64,000 bases of DNA from Candidatus Limnocylindrales bacterium (GTDB taxonomy: Bacteria > Chloroflexota > Limnocylindria > Limnocylindrales > CSP1-4). The stretch lies in assembly GCA_036555445.1 (NCBI GenBank), contig DATBLH010000069.1:65339-129338 (forward strand). The letters run 5' to 3'. Made by a program: the position numbers and the translations under genes. Below are positions 1 through 8,855 of the stretch, piece after piece (the stretch's first letter is position 1; every line of letters begins with the position of its first letter). The notes under the pieces are model-generated. The model was not told the origin of the DNA. It saw only the letters and a program-made list of their open reading frames with translations, and made no database searches.

Positions 1-438
1 CGCGTTCAGCTTGTCGAGCTGCTCGGTCAGGCGCGCGGCCTCCTTCTTCGCCATCCGCTCGAACTCGCCCGACTGCTGCCGGGCCTCGAGCTGGTCGAGG
101 AGTCCGATCCGCTTCTTGATCGTCACGAAGTTCGTCAGCATCCCGCCCAGCCAGCGGCGGTTGACATAGGGCATCCCGGCCCGCGTTGCCTCCTGGCCGA
201 TCGGCTCCTGGGCCTGCTTCTTCGTGCCCACGAACAGGACGACCTCGCCGCGGGCCACGGTCTCGCGGGCGGCATCGAGTGCGACGTCCAGACGCTTGAC
301 GGTCTGGGCCAGGTCGATGATGTGGATCCCGTTGCGCTCGGCGAAGATGAACGGGCGCATCTTGGGATTCCAGCGGCGGGTCTGGTGGCCGAAGTGGACT
401 CCGGCCTCGAGCAGTTGCCGCATCGAGACGGACGGCAC
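1..438 (-). CDS. rpsB: 30S ribosomal protein S2 (N-terminal part; C-terminus lies beyond the window edge)
   Basis: Not in the ORF track because it is truncated. Minus-strand translation from GTG at 438 gives [46 protein letters not shown]... AGGAGG lies about 9 nt upstream. Confidence 0.9.
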   Translation of the reverse strand, partial: MPSVSMRQLLEAGVHFGHQTRRWNPKMRPFIFAERNGIHIIDLAQTVKRLDVALDAARETVARGEVVLFVGTKKQAQEPIGQEATRAGMPYVNRRWLGGMLTNFVTIKKRIGLLDQLEARQQSGEFERMAKKEAARLTEQLDKLNA

Positions 439-614
439 GGTTGGGGACCTCCTGTTCGGTTGGTTCCTCCGCGGGCCTCATCGTCGGGGGCCGCCGGCAG
501 ACCGCGCTGGGTCGCCGTCCGGCACCGTCCCGATCGGAACGGTCCGCGTGTGTGCTCCACCCCGGATCGCCGGGACGGGCGTGGTCGTGGCCGCAGGGCG
601 TGCGACCGGGCGGG

Positions 615-623
615 AGTGTAGCA
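615..623 (-). promoter_or_regulatory. Extended -10 promoter candidate for rpsB (TGcTACACT followed by CCC)
   Basis: Minus strand reads GCGTGCTACACTCCCGCC immediately after the yraN stop. This implies a 5' UTR of about 170 nt. Confidence 0.5.
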
Positions 624-628
624 CGCGG

Positions 629-1027
629 TCAGCGACGGCCCAGCCAGCGGTGATGACGCGTCAGCCACGCCGACCCATCACGGCTCGGCTCGACGGCCAC
701 GAGGTCGACCCGGAGCGGATGATGCGGGATCCGGGTGCCGTCCGGTGCGCAGCCGGCGTCGCGGAGCACACAGCCAGCCGACCACAGCCGGAGCTGCTTC
801 CGTCGATCCACGGTCTCCTCGGCCAGGCCGAAATCCCGACGGCTCCGCCGGCGCACCTCGACCACGACCAGCGCCGCCGGTGGCCCGGGGTCCACGGCGA
901 GGAGGTCGAGCTCTGCCCGCCCCACGTGGACATGCCGTCCGAGGATCGTCCAGCCCTGGGCGACCAGCCGGTCGGCCACGATCGTCTCGGCCTCGTCGCC
1001 GGCTTGTTGTCCGGGGGTTCTCGACAC
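629..1027 (-). CDS. yraN: YraN family (UPF0102) endonuclease-like protein
   Basis: 132 aa. The GDEAETIVADRLVAQGWTILGRHVHVGRAELDLLAVD...VVVEVRRR pattern and the position next to rnhB are typical of YraN. Confidence 0.8.
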   Translation of the reverse strand: MSRTPGQQAGDEAETIVADRLVAQGWTILGRHVHVGRAELDLLAVDPGPPAALVVVEVRRRSRRDFGLAEETVDRRKQLRLWSAGCVLRDAGCAPDGTRIPHHPLRVDLVAVEPSRDGSAWLTRHHRWLGRR

Positions 1028-1078
1028 CCGCCGAGGATGCGCCCCGCCGCTCGACGCGCGGTTAGCTGCCGGTTGCCC

Positions 1079-1903
1079 TCAGATCGCGGATCCGGCGCCG
1101 GCGAGAACCGGGCTGAGGATCGCCGCCGCATCCTCGAGGTCGGCGGTCGCCTCCTCGATGTTCTCGTCGAGAAGCAGCCCGAGCTCACCCTGCTCGCCGG
1201 CCATGATCGCCTGGATCGTGGGAAAGCTCCGGCGGTGGAACGGCGTCAGGCCCTGGCGCCGGATCGCGTCCCGGTGCTCCTGCGTCGCGTAGCCGCAGTT
1301 GTGCTCCCAGCCATAGCCCGGGTAACGCGCGGCAAGCAGGGTCATCATTCGGTCGCGGATGACCTTGGCCACGATCGAGGCGCACGCGATCGAATAGCAC
1401 AGCGCGTCACCGTCGACGATCGCGGTGTACGGCCCGACCGCATCCTCGAAGCCGTGGATCCGAAGCCCGTCGACGAGCACGTGGTCGTGACCGCCCACGC
1501 GTGCAACGGCACGGCGCATCGCGAGATGGGTGGCGTGGTAGATGTTGAGTCGATCGATCTCGGCGACCGAGGCCGCGCCCACGCCGACCGCCAGAGCCTC
1601 GCGCCGGATGCGCGGCGCCAGTTTCTCGCGACGCTCCCTCGGCAGGACCTTCGAATCCCGGACGCCGAGGATCCGGCGCCCGTCAGGAGGCATGATCACG
1701 GCCGCCGCGACCACGGCACCGCAGGTCGGGGCGACGCCGACCTCGTCCACGCCCACGATTCGGTGGAACCCGGCCGCCCAGAACGAGCGCTCTCGGAGCT
1801 GGTTCGGGACGGGGGTGCGACGGACCCGGCGGCGGGAGTTGCCCGGCACGGTCGCGCGACCCATGGACCGCGATTCTAGGGGTTCGGCGGGGCTGCCGTG
1901 CAA
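1079..1903 (-). CDS. rnhB: Ribonuclease HII with N- and C-terminal extensions and a degenerate GRG motif
   Basis: GVDEVG...RDSKVL...LVDG...GYATQEH...HRRSF match the RNase HII core. The start is uncertain: TTG at 1903 or ATG at 1864. Confidence 0.85.
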   Translation of the reverse strand: MHGSPAEPLESRSMGRATVPGNSRRRVRRTPVPNQLRERSFWAAGFHRIVGVDEVGVAPTCGAVVAAAVIMPPDGRRILGVRDSKVLPRERREKLAPRIRREALAVGVGAASVAEIDRLNIYHATHLAMRRAVARVGGHDHVLVDGLRIHGFEDAVGPYTAIVDGDALCYSIACASIVAKVIRDRMMTLLAARYPGYGWEHNCGYATQEHRDAIRRQGLTPFHRRSFPTIQAIMAGEQGELGLLLDENIEEATADLEDAAAILSPVLAGAGSAI

Positions 1904-1923
1904 TCGCCACCGCCGACGCCGGT

Positions 1924-2274
1924 CTACTGGCTGGCGCGACGCTCCCGGAGGGTGGCCGCCTTACCGACCCGCTTGCGCAGGAAATAGAGCCGTGCCCGCC
2001 TGGCCTGGCCGTGGCGGATGACCTCGATCTTCTCGATCCGGGGGCTGTGGATCTTGAACGTCCGCTCCACGCCTACGCCGCTGGCGATCCGACGGACGGT
2101 GATCGAGCGGGTGATCCCGCCTCCGCTGAGCCGAAGGATGGTGCCCTCGAACACCTGGACCCGCTCGCGATTGCCTTCCACGACCTTCGCGGACACCTTG
2201 ACCGTGTCGCCCGGCGCGAGCTCGGGAAGGTCGGTGCGGAGCTGGTCCTGGACGATCTCGTCGAGCACGTTCAC
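1924..2274 (-). CDS. rplS: 50S ribosomal protein L19
   Basis: [48 protein letters not shown]... I place the start at GTG 2274. The tracked ATG at 2379 would add a 35-aa Pro/Arg-rich extension. Confidence 0.9.
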   Translation of the reverse strand: MNVLDEIVQDQLRTDLPELAPGDTVKVSAKVVEGNRERVQVFEGTILRLSGGGITRSITVRRIASGVGVERTFKIHSPRIEKIEVIRHGQARRARLYFLRKRVGKAATLRERRASQ

Positions 2275-2369
2275 GCGGAAGTCCTGTTCTGGGCGCCGAG
2301 GGCGGATCGGCGATGGGCGTCGGCCGACGCAGCCCGGTCGAGGGCCGCGGTTCGCTGGAAGCGGCCGGG

Positions 2370-2378
2370 AGTATAGCA
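2370..2378 (-). promoter_or_regulatory. Extended -10 promoter candidate for rplS (TGcTATACT followed by CCC)
   Basis: Minus strand reads CGATGCTATACTCCCGGC in the 165-nt trmD-rplS gap. This implies a leader of about 89 nt. Confidence 0.5.
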
Positions 2379-2439
2379 TCGGGTCCCGTTCGAGAGGAGG
2401 CGCGTTCGTGGGCTGTCGGTCCGATCGCCAGCGAAGGGT

Positions 2440-3171
2440 TCAGTCGCGCCGCTCCAGGCGCAGCTCCTCGAGGATGGACCGGGCGTCGGGCGTGAGCGAC
2501 GTCTCGTCCACGAGATCGGGGCGCCGCTCCAGGGTCCGCCGCAGCGACTCGCGCAGCCGCCAGCGGGCCACCGCACCATGGTCCCCCGACAGCAGGACTG
2601 GCGGGACGTCGCGGTCGCGGAACGACGGCGGACGCGTGAATTGCGGGTACTCGAGGAGACCGGCGGCGAAGGACTCCTCCTCGGTCGATGCCTCGTCGAT
2701 CGCTCCCGGCAGGAGACGGATCACGGCATCGATGACGACCAGGGCCGGCAGCTCCCCGCCACTGAGCACGTAATCCCCGATCGAGAGCTCCAGGTCGACG
2801 AGCGATCGGATCCGGTCGTCCACGCCCTCATACCGTCCGCAGACGAGGACGAGGTGGGTCCGGGAGGCAAGGTCGAGTGCCTCCGCCTGCCGGAATCCCC
2901 GACCCGCCGCGTCCAGGAGGATCACGGTGGAATCGTCGCGGCGGAGCTCGTCCAGGGCGGCCGCGACCGGTTCCGGCCGCATGACCATCCCCGCGCCGCC
3001 GCCATAGGGGTAGTCGTCCACGGTCCGATGCCGTCCCATCCCCCACCGCCGCAGGTCATGGACGCGCACCGACGCCAGCCCGCGCTCGAGGATCCGACCC
3101 GGGATGCTCGCCGCCAGCGGGCCTTCGATCATGGCCGGGAACAGGGTGAGCACCTCGATCTCGAGTGTCAT
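2440..3171 (-). CDS. trmD: tRNA (guanine37-N1)-methyltransferase
   Basis: IEVLTLFPAMIEGPL...HRTVDDYPYGGGAGMVMRPEP. 4-nt overlap with the rimM stop. Confidence 0.95.
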   Translation of the reverse strand: MTLEIEVLTLFPAMIEGPLAASIPGRILERGLASVRVHDLRRWGMGRHRTVDDYPYGGGAGMVMRPEPVAAALDELRRDDSTVILLDAAGRGFRQAEALDLASRTHLVLVCGRYEGVDDRIRSLVDLELSIGDYVLSGGELPALVVIDAVIRLLPGAIDEASTEEESFAAGLLEYPQFTRPPSFRDRDVPPVLLSGDHGAVARWRLRESLRRTLERRPDLVDETSLTPDARSILEELRLERRD

Positions 3172-3725
3172 CGCAGGTCCAGCCCGATCGCCTCCGGATC
3201 GACGACGATCCGGCCCTCGCGGGGCGCGAACTCGCGGATCAGGGCACCCACGGCGGGAAGGTCGAACTCACCGGCGACCCCGCCACTCACGAGATAGACC
3301 TCGGCGCCACCGGCCCGATAGACATCGCGGACGACCCCCAGCTCGCGGCCATCGGGATCGCTGACGACGGCGCCGATCACCTCGTGCCAGTAGACCTCGT
3401 CCTCCCGGAGCGAGTCCTCGCGCGCGACGAGCTGCTCCAGGTAGGCGTCGCGAAGCGACTCGGCGGCATTCCGGTGGCCGACCTCCCGGAAGCGCAGCCG
3501 CCAGCCCGGGCCGTCCTGCACCGGTGCGGCAGTGGCGATCGTCAGCGCCCGGTCGGAACCCTCGACGACGAGGACCGAGCCGGGCGCGAACCGCTCCTCC
3601 GGGTGATCGGTGAGCACCTCCACGCGCACCGTCCCGTCCAGGCCGTGAAGGCCGCGAACGAGCGCGACGACGAGGCGTTCGCCGCCGATCTCAGACGATT
3701 TCGAGGGAGACCTGCTCGCCGTCAC
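3168..3725 (-). CDS. rimM: 16S rRNA processing protein RimM
   Basis: LVVALVRGLHGLDGTVRVEVLTDHPEERF... plus conserved rpsP-KH-rimM-trmD order. The GTG start at 3725 overlaps the KH gene by 35 nt, so the start is uncertain. Confidence 0.85.
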   Translation of the reverse strand: MTASRSPSKSSEIGGERLVVALVRGLHGLDGTVRVEVLTDHPEERFAPGSVLVVEGSDRALTIATAAPVQDGPGWRLRFREVGHRNAAESLRDAYLEQLVAREDSLREDEVYWHEVIGAVVSDPDGRELGVVRDVYRAGGAEVYLVSGGVAGEFDLPAVGALIREFAPREGRIVVDPEAIGLDLR

Positions 3726-3927
3726 GGGCCGCGGTCACCTTGAGCAGCGTGCGCAGCGCCTTGGCCACGCTTCCGTTGCGGCCGATCACCTTGCCCATGT
3801 CGTCTTCGGCGACGTGGAGCTCGATCACCGTGCCGCCCGGCTCGCGGACGACATCGACGTTCACTGCGTCCGGGTCGTCGACGAGCGACTTTGCGACGTA
3901 CTCGACGAGTTCCTTGGCTGCCATCAA
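3691..3927 (-). CDS. KH domain RNA-binding protein (YlqC-like)
   Basis: 78 aa. The GKVIGRNGSVAKALRTLL KH motif is present, and the gene lies between rpsP and rimM. Confidence 0.9.
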   Translation of the reverse strand: MMAAKELVEYVAKSLVDDPDAVNVDVVREPGGTVIELHVAEDDMGKVIGRNGSVAKALRTLLKVTAARDGEQVSLEIV

Positions 3928-3933
3928 GCCCTC

Positions 3934-4188
3934 CTACTTGCTGGCCGGCAGCACGCCGGCGGCGCGCAGGAGGCGCGCCACGGTCTCCGACGGGCGAGCG
4001 CCCTTCTCGAGCCACGCCCTGGCCTTGTCGGCGTCGACGTTGAGCTCGATCGGCTCCGATCGCGGGTTGTAGTGGCCGATCGTCTCGATCGACCGGCTGT
4101 CGCGGGCCTTCCGCGAGTCGGCGACCACCAGCCGATAGGACGGCTGCTTCGTGGCACCGACGCGCGTCAGGCGGATGCGTACCGCCAT
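3934..4188 (-). CDS. rpsP: 30S ribosomal protein S16
   Basis: MAVRIRLTRVGATKQPSYRLVVADSRKARDSRSIETIGHYNP. GGAGGAGG SD upstream. Confidence 0.95.
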   Translation of the reverse strand: MAVRIRLTRVGATKQPSYRLVVADSRKARDSRSIETIGHYNPRSEPIELNVDADKARAWLEKGARPSETVARLLRAAGVLPASK

Positions 4189-4240
4189 GCCTGGTTAACC
4201 TCCTCCGGGCGTTGCCCGATCTGCTGGGGCGGGTTGGTGG

Positions 4241-6043
4241 CTACTTCACGGTGATCAGGGCGCGGCCATGATCGACGTCACCGCCGACGAGGTTGGCCGA
4301 GATCAGAGCGTCGAACGGGAGCAGGTACGGCTTGTACTCGCGCTCGTACTCCGCCATGTCCATGCCGTTGTCGATCGCCAGCTGCTCGAGCAGCTCGCGC
4401 ATCGCGGTCATGTCGAGGAAGCTCACGCCGGCGTTCTGGGCGCCGACGCGGTCGACGAGGCCGCGATAGCGCGCATCCTCGGCGAGCGACTTGCCAGGGC
4501 CGGCGTCGATCGCCGAGCGCACGAAGCCGGGCCCCGAGCCCACGATAACCGCGCCGTCCGTTGCCGTGTAGGCCACCTCGATCCGGCCCTGGAGGCCGGT
4601 CGGCAAGCCGGGTGCGGCCCCGCTTCCGAGACGCTCCCCGATGTCGCCGAAGTCGACGATCGTGATCGTCTGGCCTGCGTACGTCTCCTCGCGGACCACG
4701 ATCCCCATCTGGGCGCCACCCAGCTGGGCGAAGCTCCGGAGGCTCGTGAGCAACCGCTCCGCAGCCGCCTGGTCGTTGGGAACGACCACGACACCGCCTT
4801 CGATGCCGTCCGCCGTGCGCGAGACGGCCATGCCCGTCTCGCCCATCCATCCGAAGACGGCCTCGAAGCCGCCCAGCGTGCCGAGCGCGTCGTCGACCTG
4901 CTTGAACGCGTCCGCGGTTGCCGGGTCCTTGCGATAGACGTCCATGACCGAGTCGAGCGTCAGGCCGAACTCGTGGGCGTCACCGAGCAGGAAGGTCGTG
5001 GGCGGCAGGTGATCGGCAACCTGGCCGGTCTTGTTCTCCTTGATCGGGTTCGTCGACAGGTGGGGCATCACGCTGTCGAGCGCGAGGGCGTCGCCCTCGG
5101 CGCGGAGACCACCGGCGATCCAGTCCGGGAGGTAGGCGCGCATCGACTCGTCGAAGCTGCCCATCCCCATCCCGACACCGCCGAACGACTCGGCCGACCG
5201 CTCGATCCAATCCACGTACGCCTTGAAATCGAGAAACATGAAGCCGAGGTGATCGCCCTTGATCCCGGCCCGGGCAGCGCGCATGCCGTCGTTGGACGCG
5301 AACGAGCTGCGGCCGGCAGCGTCGAGGGACGCCTTGACCGAGGTGACGTCACCCACCAGGAGGACCTTGTCGCCGCCGACGGCGGACGCCATGCGAACGG
5401 CACCGTCATAGACGGTCAGCTGGGTTCCGGCATAGGTCTCGGTCGTGCTCTCGTGGTCCTTCGCCAGCTCCGTCACCCAGGCCCTGGCGGCGGCGGGGTC
5501 GGAGACGGTGGCGAGAACGAGGAGGCGCGTGGTGTCTTCCGCCGCAGCCGGGTCCGGCAGGGCGCCGACGGCCATGCCCAGCTCACCAGCAAACCAGGGC
5601 TTGATGTCGCCCGAGTAGTCGTGCGACCCGTCGCCCGCCTGGCCGAGGAGGCGGTCCAGCACATCACTGATCTTTGCCTCCAGGGTCGACGTGTCATCGA
5701 AGCCCGGGAACTTCGACAGGAATTCGCCGACCTTGAGCCGCTGGTCACCGGGGAGGTCGAGGCGGAGCTCCGTGTACACGACGGTGCCGGGCGGTGTGTA
5801 GCCCAGCAACGTCGATGGCGCAGCCTGGCCCGTCAACACGAACGCCGCCGCAGCGGCCACGCCGATCGCGATGGCCACGATCCCGAGTGCGATTCCCCAG
5901 CGGGTCGCACCCGGCCGCGGGCGCGGCGCGGTCTCCACCGGGCCGGTGGCAACCGACGTCGGGACCGGCTCCGGCGGCGGCGTGTACGGCTGGGTGGACT
6001 CGTCGGGTGTGACGGCTCCGGCCCGCGGTTCGTCCTGGTTCAT
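4241..6043 (-). CDS. Membrane-anchored protein of unknown function (Pro-rich N-terminus, one TM helix, large extracytoplasmic domain; possibly DUF3352-like)
   Basis: 600-aa ORF with a GAGGA SD 7 nt before the ATG. A TM segment WGIALGIVAIAIGVAAAAAFVL is present. No catalytic motif recognised. The DUF3352 assignment is from memory of size and architecture only. Confidence 0.7.
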   Translation of the reverse strand: MNQDEPRAGAVTPDESTQPYTPPPEPVPTSVATGPVETAPRPRPGATRWGIALGIVAIAIGVAAAAAFVLTGQAAPSTLLGYTPPGTVVYTELRLDLPGDQRLKVGEFLSKFPGFDDTSTLEAKISDVLDRLLGQAGDGSHDYSGDIKPWFAGELGMAVGALPDPAAAEDTTRLLVLATVSDPAAARAWVTELAKDHESTTETYAGTQLTVYDGAVRMASAVGGDKVLLVGDVTSVKASLDAAGRSSFASNDGMRAARAGIKGDHLGFMFLDFKAYVDWIERSAESFGGVGMGMGSFDESMRAYLPDWIAGGLRAEGDALALDSVMPHLSTNPIKENKTGQVADHLPPTTFLLGDAHEFGLTLDSVMDVYRKDPATADAFKQVDDALGTLGGFEAVFGWMGETGMAVSRTADGIEGGVVVVPNDQAAAERLLTSLRSFAQLGGAQMGIVVREETYAGQTITIVDFGDIGERLGSGAAPGLPTGLQGRIEVAYTATDGAVIVGSGPGFVRSAIDAGPGKSLAEDARYRGLVDRVGAQNAGVSFLDMTAMRELLEQLAIDNGMDMAEYEREYKPYLLPFDALISANLVGGDVDHGRALITVK

Positions 6044-6058
6044 CCGTGGATCCTCACG

Positions 6059-7390
6059 CTATCGGCGACCGAGCAGGGCCGCCGCAGCGTTGCGACGTCC
6101 GCCCCCCGCGAACTGCTTCATGACTTTCTGCATCTCGCCGAACTGCTTGATCAGGCGATTGACGTCGGTCAGGTTGGTGCCGCTGCCGGCCGCGATGCGG
6201 CGGCGACGGGCGCCGTTGATGATCGATGGGTCACGCCGCTCGCGCGGCGTCATCGATCGGATGATTCCCTCGACACGCCGGAGATCGCCCCGATCCACGG
6301 CGTCCTGTGCCTCGCGGGCCATCGATCCGAAGCCCGGGATCATCGAGATCAGCTGGTCCATCGGGCCCATCTTCTGCATCTGGTGCATGGACTCGAGCAT
6401 GTCCTCGAGCGTGAACGACGCCTTGCGGAGCTTCTCCTCCATCCGCGCGGCCTGCTTCTCGTCGACGACATCCTGTGCCCGCTCGATGAGGGTGAGCACG
6501 TCGCCCATCCCGAGGATCCGGCCCGCCAGGCGGTCCGGGTGGAACGGCTCCAGGGCGTCCGTCTTCTCACCGGTGCCGAGGAACTTGACCGGCAGCCCGG
6601 TGACCGCGCTGATCGAGAGCGCGGCGCCACCTCGGGCGTCGCCGTCGATCTTCGTGAGCACGAGGCCGGTCAGCGGCACGGCGTCCTTGAAGGCCTGCGC
6701 GACGGTCACGGCTTCCTGGCCGGTCATCGCGTCGACCACGAGCAGCGTCTCCACCGGCCGGGTGGCGGCGGCCAGCTCCGCGATCTCCGTCATCAGCTCG
6801 TGGTCCACGGTCAGCCGGCCGGCTGTGTCCAGGATCACCGTGTCGCGGACCTGATGCCGGGCAGCGTCGAGCCCCTGCCGGCCGATGTCCACGACCAGGG
6901 TGCCGGGGGCCGAGCGATGGACCGGGATCCCGAGCTGGCGGCCGAGCGTCTCGAGCTGGTCGGCCGCCGCCGGGCGATAGGGGTCCGCAGCGACGAGGAT
7001 CGGCCGGCGGCCCTGCCTGACCACCTGCCGGGCGAGCTTCGCGGCGCTCGTCGTCTTGCCCGAGCCCTGGAGCCCCACCAGCGCGATCACCGCGGGGTTT
7101 CCCTGCAGGTGGAACGTCGGATCGCCGGCCGACAGGAGGCCGACGAGCTCCTCGTTGACGATCTTCACGACCTGCTGGCCTGCGGTCAGGCTGTCCAGGA
7201 TCTCCGCGCCCACGGCCCGCTCGCGGACGCGGGCGATGAAGTCCTTGACCACCTTGAAGTTGACGTCCGCCTCGAGGAGCGCGAGCCGGATCTCGCGCAT
7301 CGCGGCATCGACGTCGGCTTCCGTCACCCGGCCGCGGCCGGTCAGCGACGCAAGGGTCGCGCGCAGACGGTCGCTGAGCGTGTCGAACAT
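6059..7390 (-). CDS. ffh: Signal recognition particle protein Ffh
   Basis: MFDTLSDRLRATLASLTGRG...VGLQGSGKTT...DTAGR. I place the start at ATG 7390. The tracked 718-aa ORF carries a spurious N-terminal extension. Confidence 0.95.
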   Translation of the reverse strand: MFDTLSDRLRATLASLTGRGRVTEADVDAAMREIRLALLEADVNFKVVKDFIARVRERAVGAEILDSLTAGQQVVKIVNEELVGLLSAGDPTFHLQGNPAVIALVGLQGSGKTTSAAKLARQVVRQGRRPILVAADPYRPAAADQLETLGRQLGIPVHRSAPGTLVVDIGRQGLDAARHQVRDTVILDTAGRLTVDHELMTEIAELAAATRPVETLLVVDAMTGQEAVTVAQAFKDAVPLTGLVLTKIDGDARGGAALSISAVTGLPVKFLGTGEKTDALEPFHPDRLAGRILGMGDVLTLIERAQDVVDEKQAARMEEKLRKASFTLEDMLESMHQMQKMGPMDQLISMIPGFGSMAREAQDAVDRGDLRRVEGIIRSMTPRERRDPSIINGARRRRIAAGSGTNLTDVNRLIKQFGEMQKVMKQFAGGGRRNAAAALLGRR

Positions 7391-7479
7391 CCGGGAGGAT
7401 TGGTCCTTTCCAGGTCCACCGTCCGGCTGACGACTCCAGACGGGTGGTGCGCGGGTTCTGGCGACACCGGGGGCGCTGG

Positions 7480-7485
7480 GAGTGT
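7480..7485 (-). promoter_or_regulatory. -10 candidate for ffh (TACACT followed by CCC)
   Basis: Minus strand reads CGGCTACACTCCCAGC, the same TACACTCCC core as the rpsB candidate. Confidence 0.4.
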
Positions 7486-7546
7486 AGCCGAGGTGGGATC
7501 GGGCGGCCATCCGGACCATTGGCCGTTGCGCGCCGGCTCCAGGCAG

Positions 7547-7552
7547 TAGCCT
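7547..7552 (+). promoter_or_regulatory. -10 candidate (TAGCCT) placed 7 nt before the MFS ATG, implying a leaderless mRNA
   Basis: cagTAGCCTcgcgaggATG, with no SD. Confidence 0.4.
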
Positions 7553-7559
7553 CGCGAGG

Positions 7560-8855
7560 ATGAGCGCGGGCCCCGAAACGCTCCGGCGCGACCCGGATTT
7601 CGCTCGTCTCTGGGCCGCGACGACGATCTCCATGCTGGGGTCGTTCATCACCCGCACCGCGCTGCCGTTCGCCGCGATCCTCGTGCTCGGCGCGGGATCT
7701 GCCGAGGTGGCCATCCTCCGCTCGGCGGAGCTCGTTGCGGGGCTGGCGCTGGGGCTCGTCGCCGGCGCCTGGGTCGACCGCCTTCGCCGACGGCCGGTGA
7801 TGATCTGGGCCGACCTGGGTCGCGCCGTGGTCCTCGGCAGCGTGCCGGTCGCCGCCGCGCTCGGAGTCCTCGGCCTGCCCCAGCTCGTGGTCGTCGCGTT
7901 CGCGACCGCGGTGCTGACGACCTTCTTCGACGTCGCCGATCGGGCGTTCCTGCCGACGGTCGTCGGTCGGGAGCGACTGGTCCGGGCGAACGCGACGCTC
8001 ACCGCGAGCGGCTCGGCGGCCGAATTCGCGGGGTTCGGCGTCGGTGGCTGGCTGATCCAGCTGTTCACCGCGCCGATCGCGATCGCCCTCGACGCGCTGT
8101 CGTTCGTGGGGTCGGCGCTCCTCATCGGCAGCATCCGGCGCAGCGAGTCGGCTCCGGTGCCGGCACCCGACCGGGCCTCGGTGCGGGCCGAGATCGTCGA
8201 CGGGCTGCGGACCACGCTCCGCAGCCCGATCCTCCGGCCGCTGGCCCTGGCGGACGCTGCCGTGGCCGGCTTCTGGGGCGTGTTCGGGGCGGTCTACCTC
8301 GTGTTCGCGACCTCGATCGGCTTCGAGCCCGGCGTGATCGGGCTCATCGCTGCCGTGGGCGGATTGAGCTCCCTCACGGGCGCCGTCCTCGCCGAACGCG
8401 GTGTTGGACGGTTCGGGGTGGGTCGGTTCCTGATCGGGGCGATGGTGCTTGTGTTCATCGGCAACGGGCTGCTGGCCCTGACGCCCGACGCGACGCTGGT
8501 GGGCCTGGCCTGCCTGCTCGCCCAGCAGCTGCTCTCGGACAGCGCGCTCACCGCGTTCGACGTGGTCGCCGTCTCCATCCGCCAGGCCACGGTCGACGAC
8601 CGGCTGCTCGGGCGGGTGGGCGCGAGCTTCCACGTCCTCGCCGTGTCGTTCCAGCTCGCCGGGACGCTCATCGGCGGTCTGGTCGCCGAGCTGTTCGGGC
8701 TGCGGGTGGCACTCGTCCTGGGTGCCACGGGCGGGCTGCTGGCGATCGCGATCCTGTGGACCTCGGCGGTCAGGCGCATGGATCGTGTCCCGGTCGGGCT
8801 CGCGCACGTCGAGCGGCCGATCGTGCCCGGCGAGGACGTCCCCCTCGCCGAGTGA
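7560..8855 (+). CDS. MFS transporter
   Basis: 431 aa with about 12 predicted hydrophobic segments. The N-terminal [20 protein letters not shown] is typical of the DUF894/EntS-like MFS clade. Confidence 0.85.
   Translation: MSAGPETLRRDPDFARLWAATTISMLGSFITRTALPFAAILVLGAGSAEVAILRSAELVAGLALGLVAGAWVDRLRRRPVMIWADLGRAVVLGSVPVAAALGVLGLPQLVVVAFATAVLTTFFDVADRAFLPTVVGRERLVRANATLTASGSAAEFAGFGVGGWLIQLFTAPIAIALDALSFVGSALLIGSIRRSESAPVPAPDRASVRAEIVDGLRTTLRSPILRPLALADAAVAGFWGVFGAVYLVFATSIGFEPGVIGLIAAVGGLSSLTGAVLAERGVGRFGVGRFLIGAMVLVFIGNGLLALTPDATLVGLACLLAQQLLSDSALTAFDVVAVSIRQATVDDRLLGRVGASFHVLAVSFQLAGTLIGGLVAELFGLRVALVLGATGGLLAIAILWTSAVRRMDRVPVGLAHVERPIVPGEDVPLAE

Noticed and set aside
4268-7549. A 1093-aa plus-strand ORF. 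Similar giant ORFs occur at 20555-23629 (+), 32605-35613 (+), 29476-32076 (+), 46060-48552 (+), 6567-8807 (-), 36828-38651 (-), 38617-40401 (-) and 28139-30016 (-).
   Set aside because: These are shadow ORFs typical of very high-GC DNA. Their composition is Arg/Pro/Gly/Asp/His-rich and low in complexity. They lie antisense to, or out of frame with, genes that have unmistakable family motifs (ffh, recG, yloV, ileS, priA, ilvE, LCP). I recognised no family motifs in them.
6059-8215. Long N-terminal extensions in tracked ORFs: ffh (718 aa), gpmI (759 aa, 55046-57325), coaD (403 aa, 17992-19203), pyrF (462 aa, 61799-63187), whiA (393 aa), def (248 aa), rplS (151 aa) and the glycosyltransferase (507 aa).
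   Set aside because: The extensions are Arg/Pro-rich and overlap the upstream gene or a tRNA. Internal starts coincide with family N-termini, SD sequences or 4-nt stop/start overlaps.
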